DNA from: an uncultured delta proteobacterium
GTDB taxonomy: Bacteria; Myxococcota_A; Polyangia; Polyangiales; Polyangiaceae
DNA: 64,000 nt
Assembly (NCBI GenBank): GCA_963696385.1
Contig: CAVOKF010000004.1
Span: forward strand, 992,001 to 1,056,000
Reading direction: 5' to 3'
The position numbers and the translations under genes are program-made. Below the pieces are notes generated by a model that saw only the letters and a program-made list of their open reading frames with translations, was not told the DNA's origin and did not search any database. Within the stretch, counting starts at the first letter, position 1. Each line of letters opens with the position of its first letter. Of the stretch, positions 1-10,150 are shown in pieces.

Positions 1-49
1 GGTCCGTAGGCGCGTAAACCCCATCCATCATCGTGAAAGGAAACGTTCG

Positions 50-454
50 ATGAGCTCTATTTCGTCAACCACGGAACATATGGCCGACCGCGCGAAAAGC
101 GCGGTGAAAGTGGCTCGCGGTTCGCTGGTCGAACTGGGAACGCAAGTGCTTCGTCTCATGAACAATCTGAGAGAGCGCGAGTCGTACGGTTTGCTTTTGC
201 GCGGCCTCGGACGGCGCCGCGCACCGAGCCCTCTCTCGTCCGTCTTGTGGTTCGTCGCGGGCGCGGCCGCTGCCGGAGGCGCGGCGGTCTTCTTCGGGCC
301 TCAAGGGCGCCCCTTGCGCGAGAGGATCGGAACCGCCGTGAGCAGTGCTCAGAACCAGGTCACCGCTTACCTTCGTGATACCGAAGCCAAATTGACCCAC
401 GAAGGGGCCAGGAAAGCCGATAACGAGCCGCTCCACTTCGAAACGGGCCGGTGA
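50..454 (+). CDS. Hypothetical small membrane protein (YtxH-like)
   Basis: 134-aa ORF with RBS-like GAAAGGA and one hydrophobic segment (VLWFVAGAAAAGGAAVFF). Confidence 0.55.
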   Translation: MSSISSTTEHMADRAKSAVKVARGSLVELGTQVLRLMNNLRERESYGLLLRGLGRRRAPSPLSSVLWFVAGAAAAGGAAVFFGPQGRPLRERIGTAVSSAQNQVTAYLRDTEAKLTHEGARKADNEPLHFETGR

Positions 455-509
455 CGCCGCCCCCGAGCGCGTTCGCCCACGACCTCGGGGCCTCAGGAAG
501 CGGTCGCGT

Positions 510-1778
510 GTGAGCCGCCCAGGTGGGGCACGTCGTGTGGCAAGCGTGCTCGTTGCGGCGTCGCCGGCCATCTCGGCATCCGCAGGTGGGCAGAACCTGC
601 TCAACTCGAGCGAGAAACCTTCAACCGCAGCGACGAAGTTGCCTCCAACCGACGGCAAGGACGAGTTTACGCTCGTCCCCGCGGCTGGGGGCAGCACCGA
701 CATTGGCGTTGCAGTCGGGTACTTCACCGCTTTCACGCGCATTCAAAAGCGGTATATCCCCTACGTCTGGAACCTCGAAAGTGCCGGTCTCGTCTCTTTC
801 GGTCTCAAGAACGGCAGCGTCGATTTGCCGTACATCGATGTCTACGGCAAGCTCACCGTACCGCGTTTTTTGGAACGTCCGATCGAACTGGAGGTCCGTC
901 CGTCGTTTACGGACGAGCAAGCGCTGTACTATTACGGCATGGGCAATGTCTCGAGCGACATCGCTCCTCGAGGACAATCGACGACGTATTTCGAATACGG
1001 GCGCATTCATCCGTCTTTTCTCGCCGATGTGAGATTCGCGATCCGCGATCACATCGGCGCGATCACCGGCTTTCGCTATACCGGCAGCTCGCTCGATATT
1101 CCCGCGAGCTCGAGCCTGGCTCAGGCTTTGGTGAGCGGGAGCCCCGAGGTCCGAAGGCTCATCGGTCCAACCGCTCCGAACCTGGTAGCCTTGTTCATTT
1201 ACGGGCTGCAGCTCGATACCCGCGACAGCGAGGTGACCCCGCATTCCGGTACGTTCGACGAGGCAAAGTTCAAGTGGAGCCCCGGCGGCAACGGCATCTT
1301 GCCCTTCCGTTATGGCGAAGCCAGTCTCAACATGCGGGGATACGTGCCGATCGCGAAGCGGGTGACCCTGGCGGGACGGGTCATCGGGGACGTCCTTTTC
1401 GGAAGCCCTCCCTTCGCGGAACGGCCCCGTTTCGAAGACACCTATTTCGGCGGCAACATCCGCGGAGTGCCGGCTCAGCGGTACTACGGGAAGGTGAAGA
1501 TCATCGCGAACATCGAGGCCCGGGCGCGCGTTTTCGACTTCCACGCCTGGTCCAAGCCCATGTCGCTCGGCTTCGCAGCCTTCTTGGACAGCGGGCGTGT
1601 CTAGGCAGACACGAGCGCGCACCCCGAGCTCGACGGAACCGCCGTGGGGCTGAAATACGGGCTGGGCGCAGGCCTTCGGCTCACCTCGGGGACCGCATTC
1701 GTGCTCCGAGCGGATCTAGCCTGGTCACCGGACGCCATGCCCATCGGTGCCTATGTGACGGCCGGCGAGATGTTCTGA
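510..1778 (+). pseudogene. Omp85/BamA-TamA family outer-membrane beta-barrel with an in-frame TAG at 1602-1604
   Basis: IRG motif (GGNIRGVPAQRYYG) and FLDSGRV; the frame continues past the TAG for 57 aa to a C-terminal Phe (...AYVTAGEMF). Confidence 0.75.
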
Positions 1779-1948
1779 CCGAGCGTCGAAGCGATGCCGA
1801 CGGGGATCCTCGCGGAGGGCCATGCCAAGGCCGAACCGAGGGCTTCCATCAATGCGGGAGCTCGGCCTCGCAAGGACGGCGAGCGCAAAGGTCCCGGTTC
1901 GCCGGCACGGATGCCGACATCTCCGGCCCGCGCCTGGTATTCGTGCGC

Positions 1949-4900
1949 TCAGTATCGCGTCTGCCAAAGCACGTCGAAAATCGTGGTTCCGGCATCGCCC
2001 AGCGTGGACGCGAGAGACCACTTCGAAAGAAAGCGCCAACCCAGCGTAAGAAGCGTGTGGTCGGGATTCACGCCCGGCGGCGGTTGGCCCAGAACTACGG
2101 CAATCTGGACCGAGATGTCCCGGGCGATTTGGACCTCGACTTCGGGCTTCGGAGTTTCGGCTTGCGACGTGTCGACGTTTGCGGACACCGCACCCAACCC
2201 CAGCTGGTTGAGCATGTGATTGAGCGGCTGTGCCGCCTCTCCGCCAGCGGTAGCGATCGCGCTCGTGGTCGGATCGGCGGAAGGCGATTGCACTTGCTGT
2301 CCGGTCGCCGTTCCGAACATCAACAGTTCGACGATCTCCTGCTGAGGCAAGGTCGGCTCGGAGGTCAATGTGACCTTGCCCGTTTTCAGCGGCCCCACGA
2401 AGTTGGCGTACACGATTGTCCCGTCCGGAGCCGTCCACCCGGCCTTGACGACGACCTCGGGGTTGGAGGGGTCCGAGACCATCGTGACGGTGCCGTTCTC
2501 GACCGAAAAGTTGCGGCCCTGGACCGAGATCATGCCGCCCTTTTTGAGGTGAATCTGCCCCTCCACGTCGGTCGCCACTCCGGTCTTGACCTTCAAGCGA
2601 CCGTCGAGATCGATCTGGATGTCGGTCCCTCGTACCACTCGCACGTCGCTCAGGTCCGTCGCGATCGTCAGGGACGACGACGCGGCTTGCTTGGGCCCAT
2701 CGGACCTTTTTATCGGATCGATGGGAAGCAGGACGAACGTGGCGGGATGCCCTTGGTGCGCGCCGATGCGAACTGCACCGTCCATGGGCCCGAGAGACAG
2801 CGCATGGGTCGTGGAGCTGTCGGGAAGCACGACGCGCAACTGAGGCACGTTCACGCGAACGCTCGTCGCGCCATTTTGGCCATCCACGGCGGATTCGCTG
2901 ATTTCGAACCGTCCGTCGATCGTGCCGATTTCGGTGCCGTCCACATTGAGCGGAACCGCCGAACGGCTGGGGATCACAATCGTGCCCTTCGCGGACTGTA
3001 GGTTCGTTCCCGCCATGCGGGCCGACGCCGTCGCTTGGAAAGCGCCGGTAACCCCGGAAGCCTTAAGCTCGTCGAGCGTGATCGTTCCATCGGGAGAGAA
3101 GCGAACATTCGCCGAGATATCGTGGAATTCGCCGCCGCCCGCCACCGCTTCGAGCTTGCCTGCGCGGAGCGCGAGCGAGCCCGAGAGCGTGGCGCCACGA
3201 GTCTTCGGGTCGAGCGCGACGCGAGCCTCGCCGTCGAGGCGCCCATCGAGCTCGGCGAGCGAGGATTGGACGAAAGGCCAAAGGGCCGCGATTCGAAAAT
3301 TCTTGGACGACAGGCTCATAGCGAGGGGCTTTGAAGGATCGAGGGCGGGCGCGACATTCGCGCCCCAGTCGATCGCGCCGTGCGCCTTTGCGTCGGCGAA
3401 GCCGTCCGTTTGGTCGACGTGGATCACGGCGTCGAGCTGGCGACCGCCCGCCGCGAGCTCAATGCGTCCCGATTTGTACGGGACCGTTGCCACTTTGAGG
3501 CGGTCGATAGCGAGTGTTGCGAACGCTCGAGCGTCCTGATGCAAGTTGTCGATGGTGCAATCTCCGTCGAGTTGCCCCGATACCCCCTTGTCGTCCAGGA
3601 ACGCGATGGTTTGCAGCGGGAATTCGGAAAAATGCGCTTTCGCGGAGGCGCTCCACGGCGGTGCGGCCGCGCCTTCGATGAATGCGGCGATCGGGGCTTG
3701 CCAGTTCGTTTCGACGTCGAGTGTGTCGTGCCCACGGAAACGGCCTTTGAGCACGGCGATCGCTTCGTGGCCGTCGTAGTGGGCATGAACGTCGAAATCG
3801 ATCGGCGCCGTGCGGCTCGACAAGCGCGAGCCCTTCAAGGTGGCTGTCAAATCCAAGGTCGGTGCCAGGATGGTTCCGTGAAACGTGACGTTCGCCTGGA
3901 GCCTGCCGTCGACGATGTCTTGCTTGAGCCCATCCGGCCATGTTCCAAGGTCGCGCTCGGGGACGGCCCAACGGAGGTCGAAAGGCGTGTCGCGCAGATC
4001 GGTCGACAGACGGCCGGTTCGCACAAACGCGTCCTCGTAGGGGAAGTTCGCCGACCGGACCTCCAAATCGGCCAACGCGCCCGTCCTGTCCCGAGCCTCG
4101 GTCGACAGCTCGAGAACACCCGTGTGGCCGTCGAGACTCGCGTCGGCCTCGAAGTCGACCCCTTGGAGATGCCAGCGCGGCGCCGGCAGAACGACTACGC
4201 CGTCGATCGCGCGCTCCTTCGATGTCCGGGGCGCGAGCTGCAGATTCGTCGTCGTCATCGAAATGCCGACGTCGGGCGTCAAGGCGCCACCCGGATCGCG
4301 GGCCCCGTGCGCTTTGAAGGTGACCTCGCCATGAGCCTCGAGCGGTATGTCCTCGGACGGGACGAGCGCCGCCGCTTCGGCGAGATCGACATGGCCCTCG
4401 ATTCCGAACCACCCGGAAGCCTCTTTCCAGGACGAGCGAGTCAGAGGGCCCGCTCCTGCGAACGCGACCTTCCGGGCGTCGATGTCCACCGACCCGACCC
4501 TGACGGCTTGCGCGTGCGCCTTGCCCGTCAGCCTGCGACCTTCGAGCTCGAGATCGAGATGCGCAGCGGCATCGTTGACACTCGCAATCGCTGCCCGGCT
4601 CAACGTGAAGCTCGCGCGCCCGGTCGCGCCATCCGTTCGGGCGGTCACGTCGGCATCGAACGCCAGGGTCCCGTTGCGGAGCGTCTTCTCGACGTGCAGC
4701 AATCGACCGACCCGCGCCAAGTCGACCCCCTCGGTCGCGGCCTCGACTCGCATCCGCCGGGGGGATGTCGACCACGTCGCCGTCACGGGTTGTCCGATCC
4801 CTTCGACGCGTGCGCCTTGGACGCGAATGTCGCTCCCGTCGATGCTCACGTCCTGCGCCATCACGATGGCGCGCTCACCCGACCGCGCCAGCACGACGCG

Positions 4901-6700
4901 CGGCGTGCGAACCGACACGCCGCTCTTTAGCGATAGGTCTGCACTCGCGTCGACGTCCGGCACGTCCTGGCCGCGAACCGACGCGGTGACGTGAGGGGCG
5001 CTCGCCCGGCCCGTGGCCGTCACGTCGGCGCGGCCGAGATGCCGCCCGGCGATCGCCACTCCTTGAGTGTGGAGGACGAGGTCGATCCGCGGGCCAGACG
5101 CTGCTCCGCGGAGCCCAGCATCCAAGACTGCCGTGTCGACGCGCGTCGATCCCTCGACGATGTTGGCGGCGCGAGCGTGCACGACGCCATGGACGAGCGA
5201 CCGCCCGAGGTCGAGTCCCCCGTTTGCCCGAACGTGCACCGCACCTCGTAGGAGGTGCTTGAGCTGCGGCACCCGATCCAGATCCGGGACGTCGGAGCTC
5301 AGATCGAAGTCGAGTATGGACGACGGGCCCATGGCGGAGGCGGCTAGCGCGAGACGCGTCGGTGCAGCGGGCTCGTCGACGACCACGTCGGCGTGCGCGG
5401 CAAGCGTGTTGGGATTCGTACGCCGGGCCGTCGCCGTGATCGATACGGGCGGTGCGTCGTAGGCGCCTAGGCTTCCGCCGCGAAGGCGGACGCCGAGGTC
5501 CACGTCGAAGGTGCCGTCGGACTTCGCGGCCCCACGGGCGACCCCGTCAAGACCGAGACGCGACTTCGGCGCCAAAGCGGCAAACTCGTGGACGTCGATG
5601 TCAGCCGCCTCGAAGGACACCTGCGCGCGCTTCTCGTTCCCTAGGGACGTGCGGGCCTTCGCGGTGAGGCGAGCATTTCCCAACGCCGCGATCAGTGTTG
5701 CGTCGACGTCGGGAAGAATGCCATGCACCTCGGCGTGAATCGTGCCCGCTCGGTCGATCGGGGAAGCGGCCCATAGCGCGCGGATGCCTTCGGGATCGAT
5801 CCTCGATACGTCGACCGTGGCATCCACCTTGTCTTGTGTGAGGGTCGCGTGGATCCCATGTGGCATGCCGGCCACGAGCCCTTGCCAGTCGACCCACGCG
5901 TCCATTTTCGCCTTCGGGTCCGACGGTTCTCGAACGTGGCCGTGCAGCGTCCCGGTGACGTCGGCGTCCATGGCCAGGCGGCGAGCGGCTATCGTGGCGC
6001 GCGATACGTCCCCCTCGAGGACGTCGGGCGCGTAGGTGAGAGTCCCGGCAAAGTCGTCCATGGCGATGTCGAGCGAGGGGGCTCCCGCCATCTGCCCGTG
6101 CGCCCACGCGTGCCGCAGGGCGAGAGATCCGATGACGAGGCGCAGGCCGCGTGCGCTCGGAGCCGCCGGGGTGCTCGGGGTGCTCGGCGTTTTGGAAGCG
6201 AATGCATCGAGCAGATCGAGCTCGCCCGTGGAATCGGTATCCAAACGGACGTCGAGCTCATCGACACCGACCTGCTTCAAGTCGATCGTGAGGGGGTCCT
6301 TGGTATCGAGCCACGCCGACCGCATGGCGGCGAGGGTGGCGACCGTGACGCGAACGCCGCGCGCCACAAGCACGGGACGACCCGTCGGATCGTCGATCGT
6401 CACGTCCGTGCGCGCGAGACCCAAGACCCCGAGGGCACCCAGTCGGTCGACATGGACGCGCCCCTGGAGCAAAGGTCCGAGAACCCCATTCACCTCCGCG
6501 GCGACGACATTGCGAACACATGGCGTGTCGAGTTGGGTGATCAAACCGACCCCGGCGCTCAGGGCGAACAGGACCGCGGCGCCGACGAACGCTCCGAGCC
6601 ACCGAACAATGCGGATCGGGCTCACGCGATGCGGGTGCCGTTCGGCTGCAGGCAAAGCCCGCCCCGACTCGACACGGCGCGATACGGCCGACGTCGACAT
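1949..6700 (-). CDS. tamB: Translocation and assembly module TamB
   Basis: 1583 aa, N-terminal membrane anchor, beta-rich body, DUF490-like C-terminus, directly downstream of a TamA-like gene. Confidence 0.85.
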   Translation of the reverse strand: MSTSAVSRRVESGRALPAAERHPHRVSPIRIVRWLGAFVGAAVLFALSAGVGLITQLDTPCVRNVVAAEVNGVLGPLLQGRVHVDRLGALGVLGLARTDVTIDDPTGRPVLVARGVRVTVATLAAMRSAWLDTKDPLTIDLKQVGVDELDVRLDTDSTGELDLLDAFASKTPSTPSTPAAPSARGLRLVIGSLALRHAWAHGQMAGAPSLDIAMDDFAGTLTYAPDVLEGDVSRATIAARRLAMDADVTGTLHGHVREPSDPKAKMDAWVDWQGLVAGMPHGIHATLTQDKVDATVDVSRIDPEGIRALWAASPIDRAGTIHAEVHGILPDVDATLIAALGNARLTAKARTSLGNEKRAQVSFEAADIDVHEFAALAPKSRLGLDGVARGAAKSDGTFDVDLGVRLRGGSLGAYDAPPVSITATARRTNPNTLAAHADVVVDEPAAPTRLALAASAMGPSSILDFDLSSDVPDLDRVPQLKHLLRGAVHVRANGGLDLGRSLVHGVVHARAANIVEGSTRVDTAVLDAGLRGAASGPRIDLVLHTQGVAIAGRHLGRADVTATGRASAPHVTASVRGQDVPDVDASADLSLKSGVSVRTPRVVLARSGERAIVMAQDVSIDGSDIRVQGARVEGIGQPVTATWSTSPRRMRVEAATEGVDLARVGRLLHVEKTLRNGTLAFDADVTARTDGATGRASFTLSRAAIASVNDAAAHLDLELEGRRLTGKAHAQAVRVGSVDIDARKVAFAGAGPLTRSSWKEASGWFGIEGHVDLAEAAALVPSEDIPLEAHGEVTFKAHGARDPGGALTPDVGISMTTTNLQLAPRTSKERAIDGVVVLPAPRWHLQGVDFEADASLDGHTGVLELSTEARDRTGALADLEVRSANFPYEDAFVRTGRLSTDLRDTPFDLRWAVPERDLGTWPDGLKQDIVDGRLQANVTFHGTILAPTLDLTATLKGSRLSSRTAPIDFDVHAHYDGHEAIAVLKGRFRGHDTLDVETNWQAPIAAFIEGAAAPPWSASAKAHFSEFPLQTIAFLDDKGVSGQLDGDCTIDNLHQDARAFATLAIDRLKVATVPYKSGRIELAAGGRQLDAVIHVDQTDGFADAKAHGAIDWGANVAPALDPSKPLAMSLSSKNFRIAALWPFVQSSLAELDGRLDGEARVALDPKTRGATLSGSLALRAGKLEAVAGGGEFHDISANVRFSPDGTITLDELKASGVTGAFQATASARMAGTNLQSAKGTIVIPSRSAVPLNVDGTEIGTIDGRFEISESAVDGQNGATSVRVNVPQLRVVLPDSSTTHALSLGPMDGAVRIGAHQGHPATFVLLPIDPIKRSDGPKQAASSSLTIATDLSDVRVVRGTDIQIDLDGRLKVKTGVATDVEGQIHLKKGGMISVQGRNFSVENGTVTMVSDPSNPEVVVKAGWTAPDGTIVYANFVGPLKTGKVTLTSEPTLPQQEIVELLMFGTATGQQVQSPSADPTTSAIATAGGEAAQPLNHMLNQLGLGAVSANVDTSQAETPKPEVEVQIARDISVQIAVVLGQPPPGVNPDHTLLTLGWRFLSKWSLASTLGDAGTTIFDVLWQTRY

Positions 6701-8940
6701 CAGAAGGCCTGGCCGATCCCGAAGGCCAGCGCGATCGGTTGTCCAAAAATTCTAGGTTGAATGCCGCCGGTGGGTTGCTTGTCCGGCGAATCGGCATATG
6801 CCGCTTCGGTCTCGTTTTTGAAACCGATCACTTGCAGGGGCGGAACGCGGTAGCCGATGTCGAGTCGAATCGGGCCTACCGGGGTGTCGTATGCGGCGCC
6901 CACGCCGCAGGACAGGTGAAGATGGCTGAAGCGAATGTCGTTTTCTCGAGGCGATACGTCGCTCATATCACAAAAGAGAGCGCCCGACAGCGGCCCGGAG
7001 ATGTCCAAGCGAACAGCATTTTGGAATTCCCAAAGCGTGAAGCCTCCCACGGGCAAAAAACACGATTGCGCAGAAGCCATCGAGCTCGGCGTGAAGTCCG
7101 CCGGGTTGCAATTGAATTGAACCTGCTGCGCGGCAGTGCCCGGGTTGAGAAACGGCACCACGCCGTGCGGCGAGACACCGAGAAGCGGATAGCCTCGATT
7201 CGTCGCGGGCCCACCGGAGAAAAAGCCTCGGAAGTACATCGTCTCGACGTCACGTTCCAGGTTGAGACGGGCCGGCGACGCCCCGCCCGCCGCGATCGTG
7301 GCCGACCGGTCCAGCTCTGAAGCCCACTGTTTGCCGTAGTTCGATGCCCAGAGAAAGCCCACGGAGGCTCGCGTCGCAAACGTCACGCCACGCGCGATGG
7401 GAACGTACGTTCGGACTTCCGGCTGCACCCGCACATCCGTCGCCGTTCCCCCGAAAACGCCACCCGCGGCCTGAAGTACATTGCCTAGATAAATGCCCTT
7501 GTGAGGACGGACTGCACTGTCGCGAAGGTCCAGATGGACGGTCAGCTCGGGAAAAGAAATGAACAGGGTCCGAATATCCGGATCGAGCGGGTAAAGGTAC
7601 GAGAATGGGTCCTCCACCTGAAGGGTGTAGTCGAGGGCCACGTAGAGCTTCTTCCATAGGGTCCGATCGACGCCGGCCACGAGCTTGACTTCGCGAAACC
7701 CCGGGACCGGTGAATTCGGCGGCGGATCCACCTCCACGAGCATCGGGAAGACGTTGAACTCCGGACGAATGAAGCCTGTCGTCCGCGCTTCGATGAAGCC
7801 GGGCTGTCGGAGCTCGGTCTTCAACCACTCTTCGGGAATCGGGTGAAAGGTCCCGCTCCAATTGTCCACGCGGTACGGGTAGAAGACGAGCCCGGGTTTG
7901 AACTGGACGCTGAAGTCGCGAAGTCCGCCGAGGAAGTCGTGATCTTCCCACCCGGCGACACCATGCAGGTCGGTCTTGATCTCGTCGAGCTCGAGTCCTC
8001 CACCCAGCTTGAGCTCGCGCAGACGCGTGGGTTCCACCTTGACGGTCAACGGAACGACCGCGTCGGCCGGCGGCGGATTCGAAAGCGACGGAACGATGCG
8101 GACCGCCGACAATACCTGCAGGTCCAACAGCGCTTGGGTCGCCGAGTCCACCTGGGCCGTCGAGTAGACGGCTCCCGGTTGGATATCCATGGCGCGCCGC
8201 AGAGGGGCTTCGGGAATCTCCGCCTTTCGGGGCCCGTTGCCGTCCGGATCGAGCCCCTCGATCGCAATCGCCCCGAAGACCGCAGGAGGTCCGGGAACGA
8301 CTTTGAATCCGTAATCGGCGGCGTGCGCGCCAATATCGACCTCGGCCTGGGCATCGACCTTCGCGTAGGCGTAGCCCCGATCCGTGAGCGCTCTGGTGAC
8401 GGCGGTTTTGGAGTCCTTGAACTTGGCCTCGTCGAATCGGTCGCGGTAAGCGAGCGCATCCCGTCCCGCTTGTCGAACGGCGTCCGCAATCCGCGGCGGC
8501 AGTCCGTCGAGGCCCACGATCGTGACATTTCGGTTGAGAGTCGCCGGGCCCTCGTCGACCACGATCTGCACCCGAACGTGCTTGGAATTGACTTGGAAGA
8601 CCCGCGCGACCCGCGCGTGCGCATCGAAAAAACCCTTCGATCGATAGAACCGCTCGACGCGCGCCATATCGCGTTGCAGCGTGGCCTCGTCGTACGTCGA
8701 GTAGTCGTACGCAATGCCCTGAAACAGGAATAAAAACTTCGCCGACGCTGCTGTCGCGATTTGGTCTTCGGTCTGGCTCGCTTCAATCCCTTTCGCGTCG
8801 AGAATGGAAACGGAGTCTACGGCCGAACGACCGGGCGGAATTTTGCTGCACGCCACCGTCACGAGAAGACTCATAACGGCCGATCCCCGTGCCACCGGAG
8901 CGAAGCGGGTTCGACGGATTGCTTGTAGGGGTCCAATCAT
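6700..8940 (-). CDS. tamA: TamA/BamA-family outer-membrane protein with POTRA domains (start uncertain, 8940 or 8874)
   Basis: POTRA motifs (RFYRSKGFF, LTDRGY), FFSGG..NRGY, TPVGPIRLDIG, C-terminal IGQAF; overlaps tamB by 1 nt. Confidence 0.85.
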   Translation of the reverse strand: MIGPLQAIRRTRFAPVARGSAVMSLLVTVACSKIPPGRSAVDSVSILDAKGIEASQTEDQIATAASAKFLFLFQGIAYDYSTYDEATLQRDMARVERFYRSKGFFDAHARVARVFQVNSKHVRVQIVVDEGPATLNRNVTIVGLDGLPPRIADAVRQAGRDALAYRDRFDEAKFKDSKTAVTRALTDRGYAYAKVDAQAEVDIGAHAADYGFKVVPGPPAVFGAIAIEGLDPDGNGPRKAEIPEAPLRRAMDIQPGAVYSTAQVDSATQALLDLQVLSAVRIVPSLSNPPPADAVVPLTVKVEPTRLRELKLGGGLELDEIKTDLHGVAGWEDHDFLGGLRDFSVQFKPGLVFYPYRVDNWSGTFHPIPEEWLKTELRQPGFIEARTTGFIRPEFNVFPMLVEVDPPPNSPVPGFREVKLVAGVDRTLWKKLYVALDYTLQVEDPFSYLYPLDPDIRTLFISFPELTVHLDLRDSAVRPHKGIYLGNVLQAAGGVFGGTATDVRVQPEVRTYVPIARGVTFATRASVGFLWASNYGKQWASELDRSATIAAGGASPARLNLERDVETMYFRGFFSGGPATNRGYPLLGVSPHGVVPFLNPGTAAQQVQFNCNPADFTPSSMASAQSCFLPVGGFTLWEFQNAVRLDISGPLSGALFCDMSDVSPRENDIRFSHLHLSCGVGAAYDTPVGPIRLDIGYRVPPLQVIGFKNETEAAYADSPDKQPTGGIQPRIFGQPIALAFGIGQAF

Positions 8941-9358
8941 CCATCGCGGGAAGCGCGTGCAGGCGTCCATCGGAACTCGAAGTCTCGGCACTCGTTGTGG
9001 CTGAACCGAAGTTGGCAACGGAACGTGGTGGGACGCCGGCTCGGGGACGAGACGAAGCGCTCGACGCGAGACAAGCCCTCTCGGTTTCGGCGCCCCGACG
9101 TGCCACAGCCTCGAACAAGCACTCGGCGTGCCAGGCGCCGTAACGAGTGGCTGCAACGCCGTCGGTGCGACGGCTGTCGGCGTAGCCGCGGCCCACGGAG
9201 AGCACCGGACACCGTGAGCTCCACGCAGAGCACCGGATGTCCCGAGCCGAATGGCACCGACATGCGGTTTCGGTCGGACGGCATGTCCCGTGCGAGCCCG
9301 TGGCTTCGTCTGCGCCGCCAAGGGCTGAACCGACCTCGACGCCTCAACGGAAAATGCA

Positions 9359-9601
9359 ATGACCCGAAATTGGATCGTCCTCATCGGACTCGTCGTCGCT
9401 TTCGCCGCGCTCGTGACCAGTCACGTCACACTGACGATCCACCTCGCTCGTAGCAGGCCGCGATGGCGCGCCCCCGTCGCATTCTTCGTCGCCCCCCTCA
9501 CCCCATGGTGGGGCTGGCACGAACGCGCGCGCATCCGAGCCGTCGTGTGGGTCTTGGCCGCGGTCGGCTACGCGGTCACCTGGGTGTTGGCCCGTCGCTG
9601 A
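9359..9601 (+). CDS. Small membrane protein
   Basis: 80 aa with 2-3 hydrophobic segments. Confidence 0.6.
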   Translation: MTRNWIVLIGLVVAFAALVTSHVTLTIHLARSRPRWRAPVAFFVAPLTPWWGWHERARIRAVVWVLAAVGYAVTWVLARR

Positions 9602-9798
9602 GCTCGTGGACGATCTGGAAAACGGTGGGCGCTCTGTCGTTCTGGTTCGGGTCTTGCTCTACGATTCGGCGGGGATTCTGTCTCCGCGGCCACGCCATCG
9701 CTTTTTCACGTCCTCCAGGGCAAGGCTGTCTTTGCCATTCCCGGACCGATCAAGACGTGTCCGACAGCCCCGTCACCTGTCTCCCTCTCGAGGTCGCC

Positions 9799-10065
9799 AT
9801 GAACCGCAGCGCTCTCTTTGCGATCGTTTTTCTCGCGCCGTCTCTCGGTGTCATTGGCGCCACAGGTGCGGCGGCAATCGACAGGCCCCACGTGCGGCAG
9901 CCCGGGCAGCCCGCGCCGAACCCATGGCCCCCGCCGAATCCGGTTCCCACGCCCCCGGCGCCGACCCCTACCCCGCCGGCTCCCACCCCGACGCCTCCAC
10001 AGCCGGGGCCCGCGCCGACTCCTCCGACCCCCGGGCCCACTCCCACTCCCCCGCCGCCTCCTTAG
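9799..10065 (+). CDS. Secreted Pro/Thr-rich small protein
   Basis: GAGG RBS, signal peptide MNRSALFAIVFLAPSLGVIG, then PTPP repeats. Confidence 0.55.
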   Translation: MNRSALFAIVFLAPSLGVIGATGAAAIDRPHVRQPGQPAPNPWPPPNPVPTPPAPTPTPPAPTPTPPQPGPAPTPPTPGPTPTPPPPP

Positions 10066-10150
10066 TACACCGCCGGACTCCTTCCGACACGCCGTCGCCG
10101 CATCGATGAAGCCGGGCCGCAGCCCGCCCCCCCGAGGGTCCGCGTCGGAG

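Noticed and set aside
1602..1604. Pyrrolysine or genome-wide TAG recoding
   Set aside because: TAG terminates many other genes here normally and no pyl genes are present.
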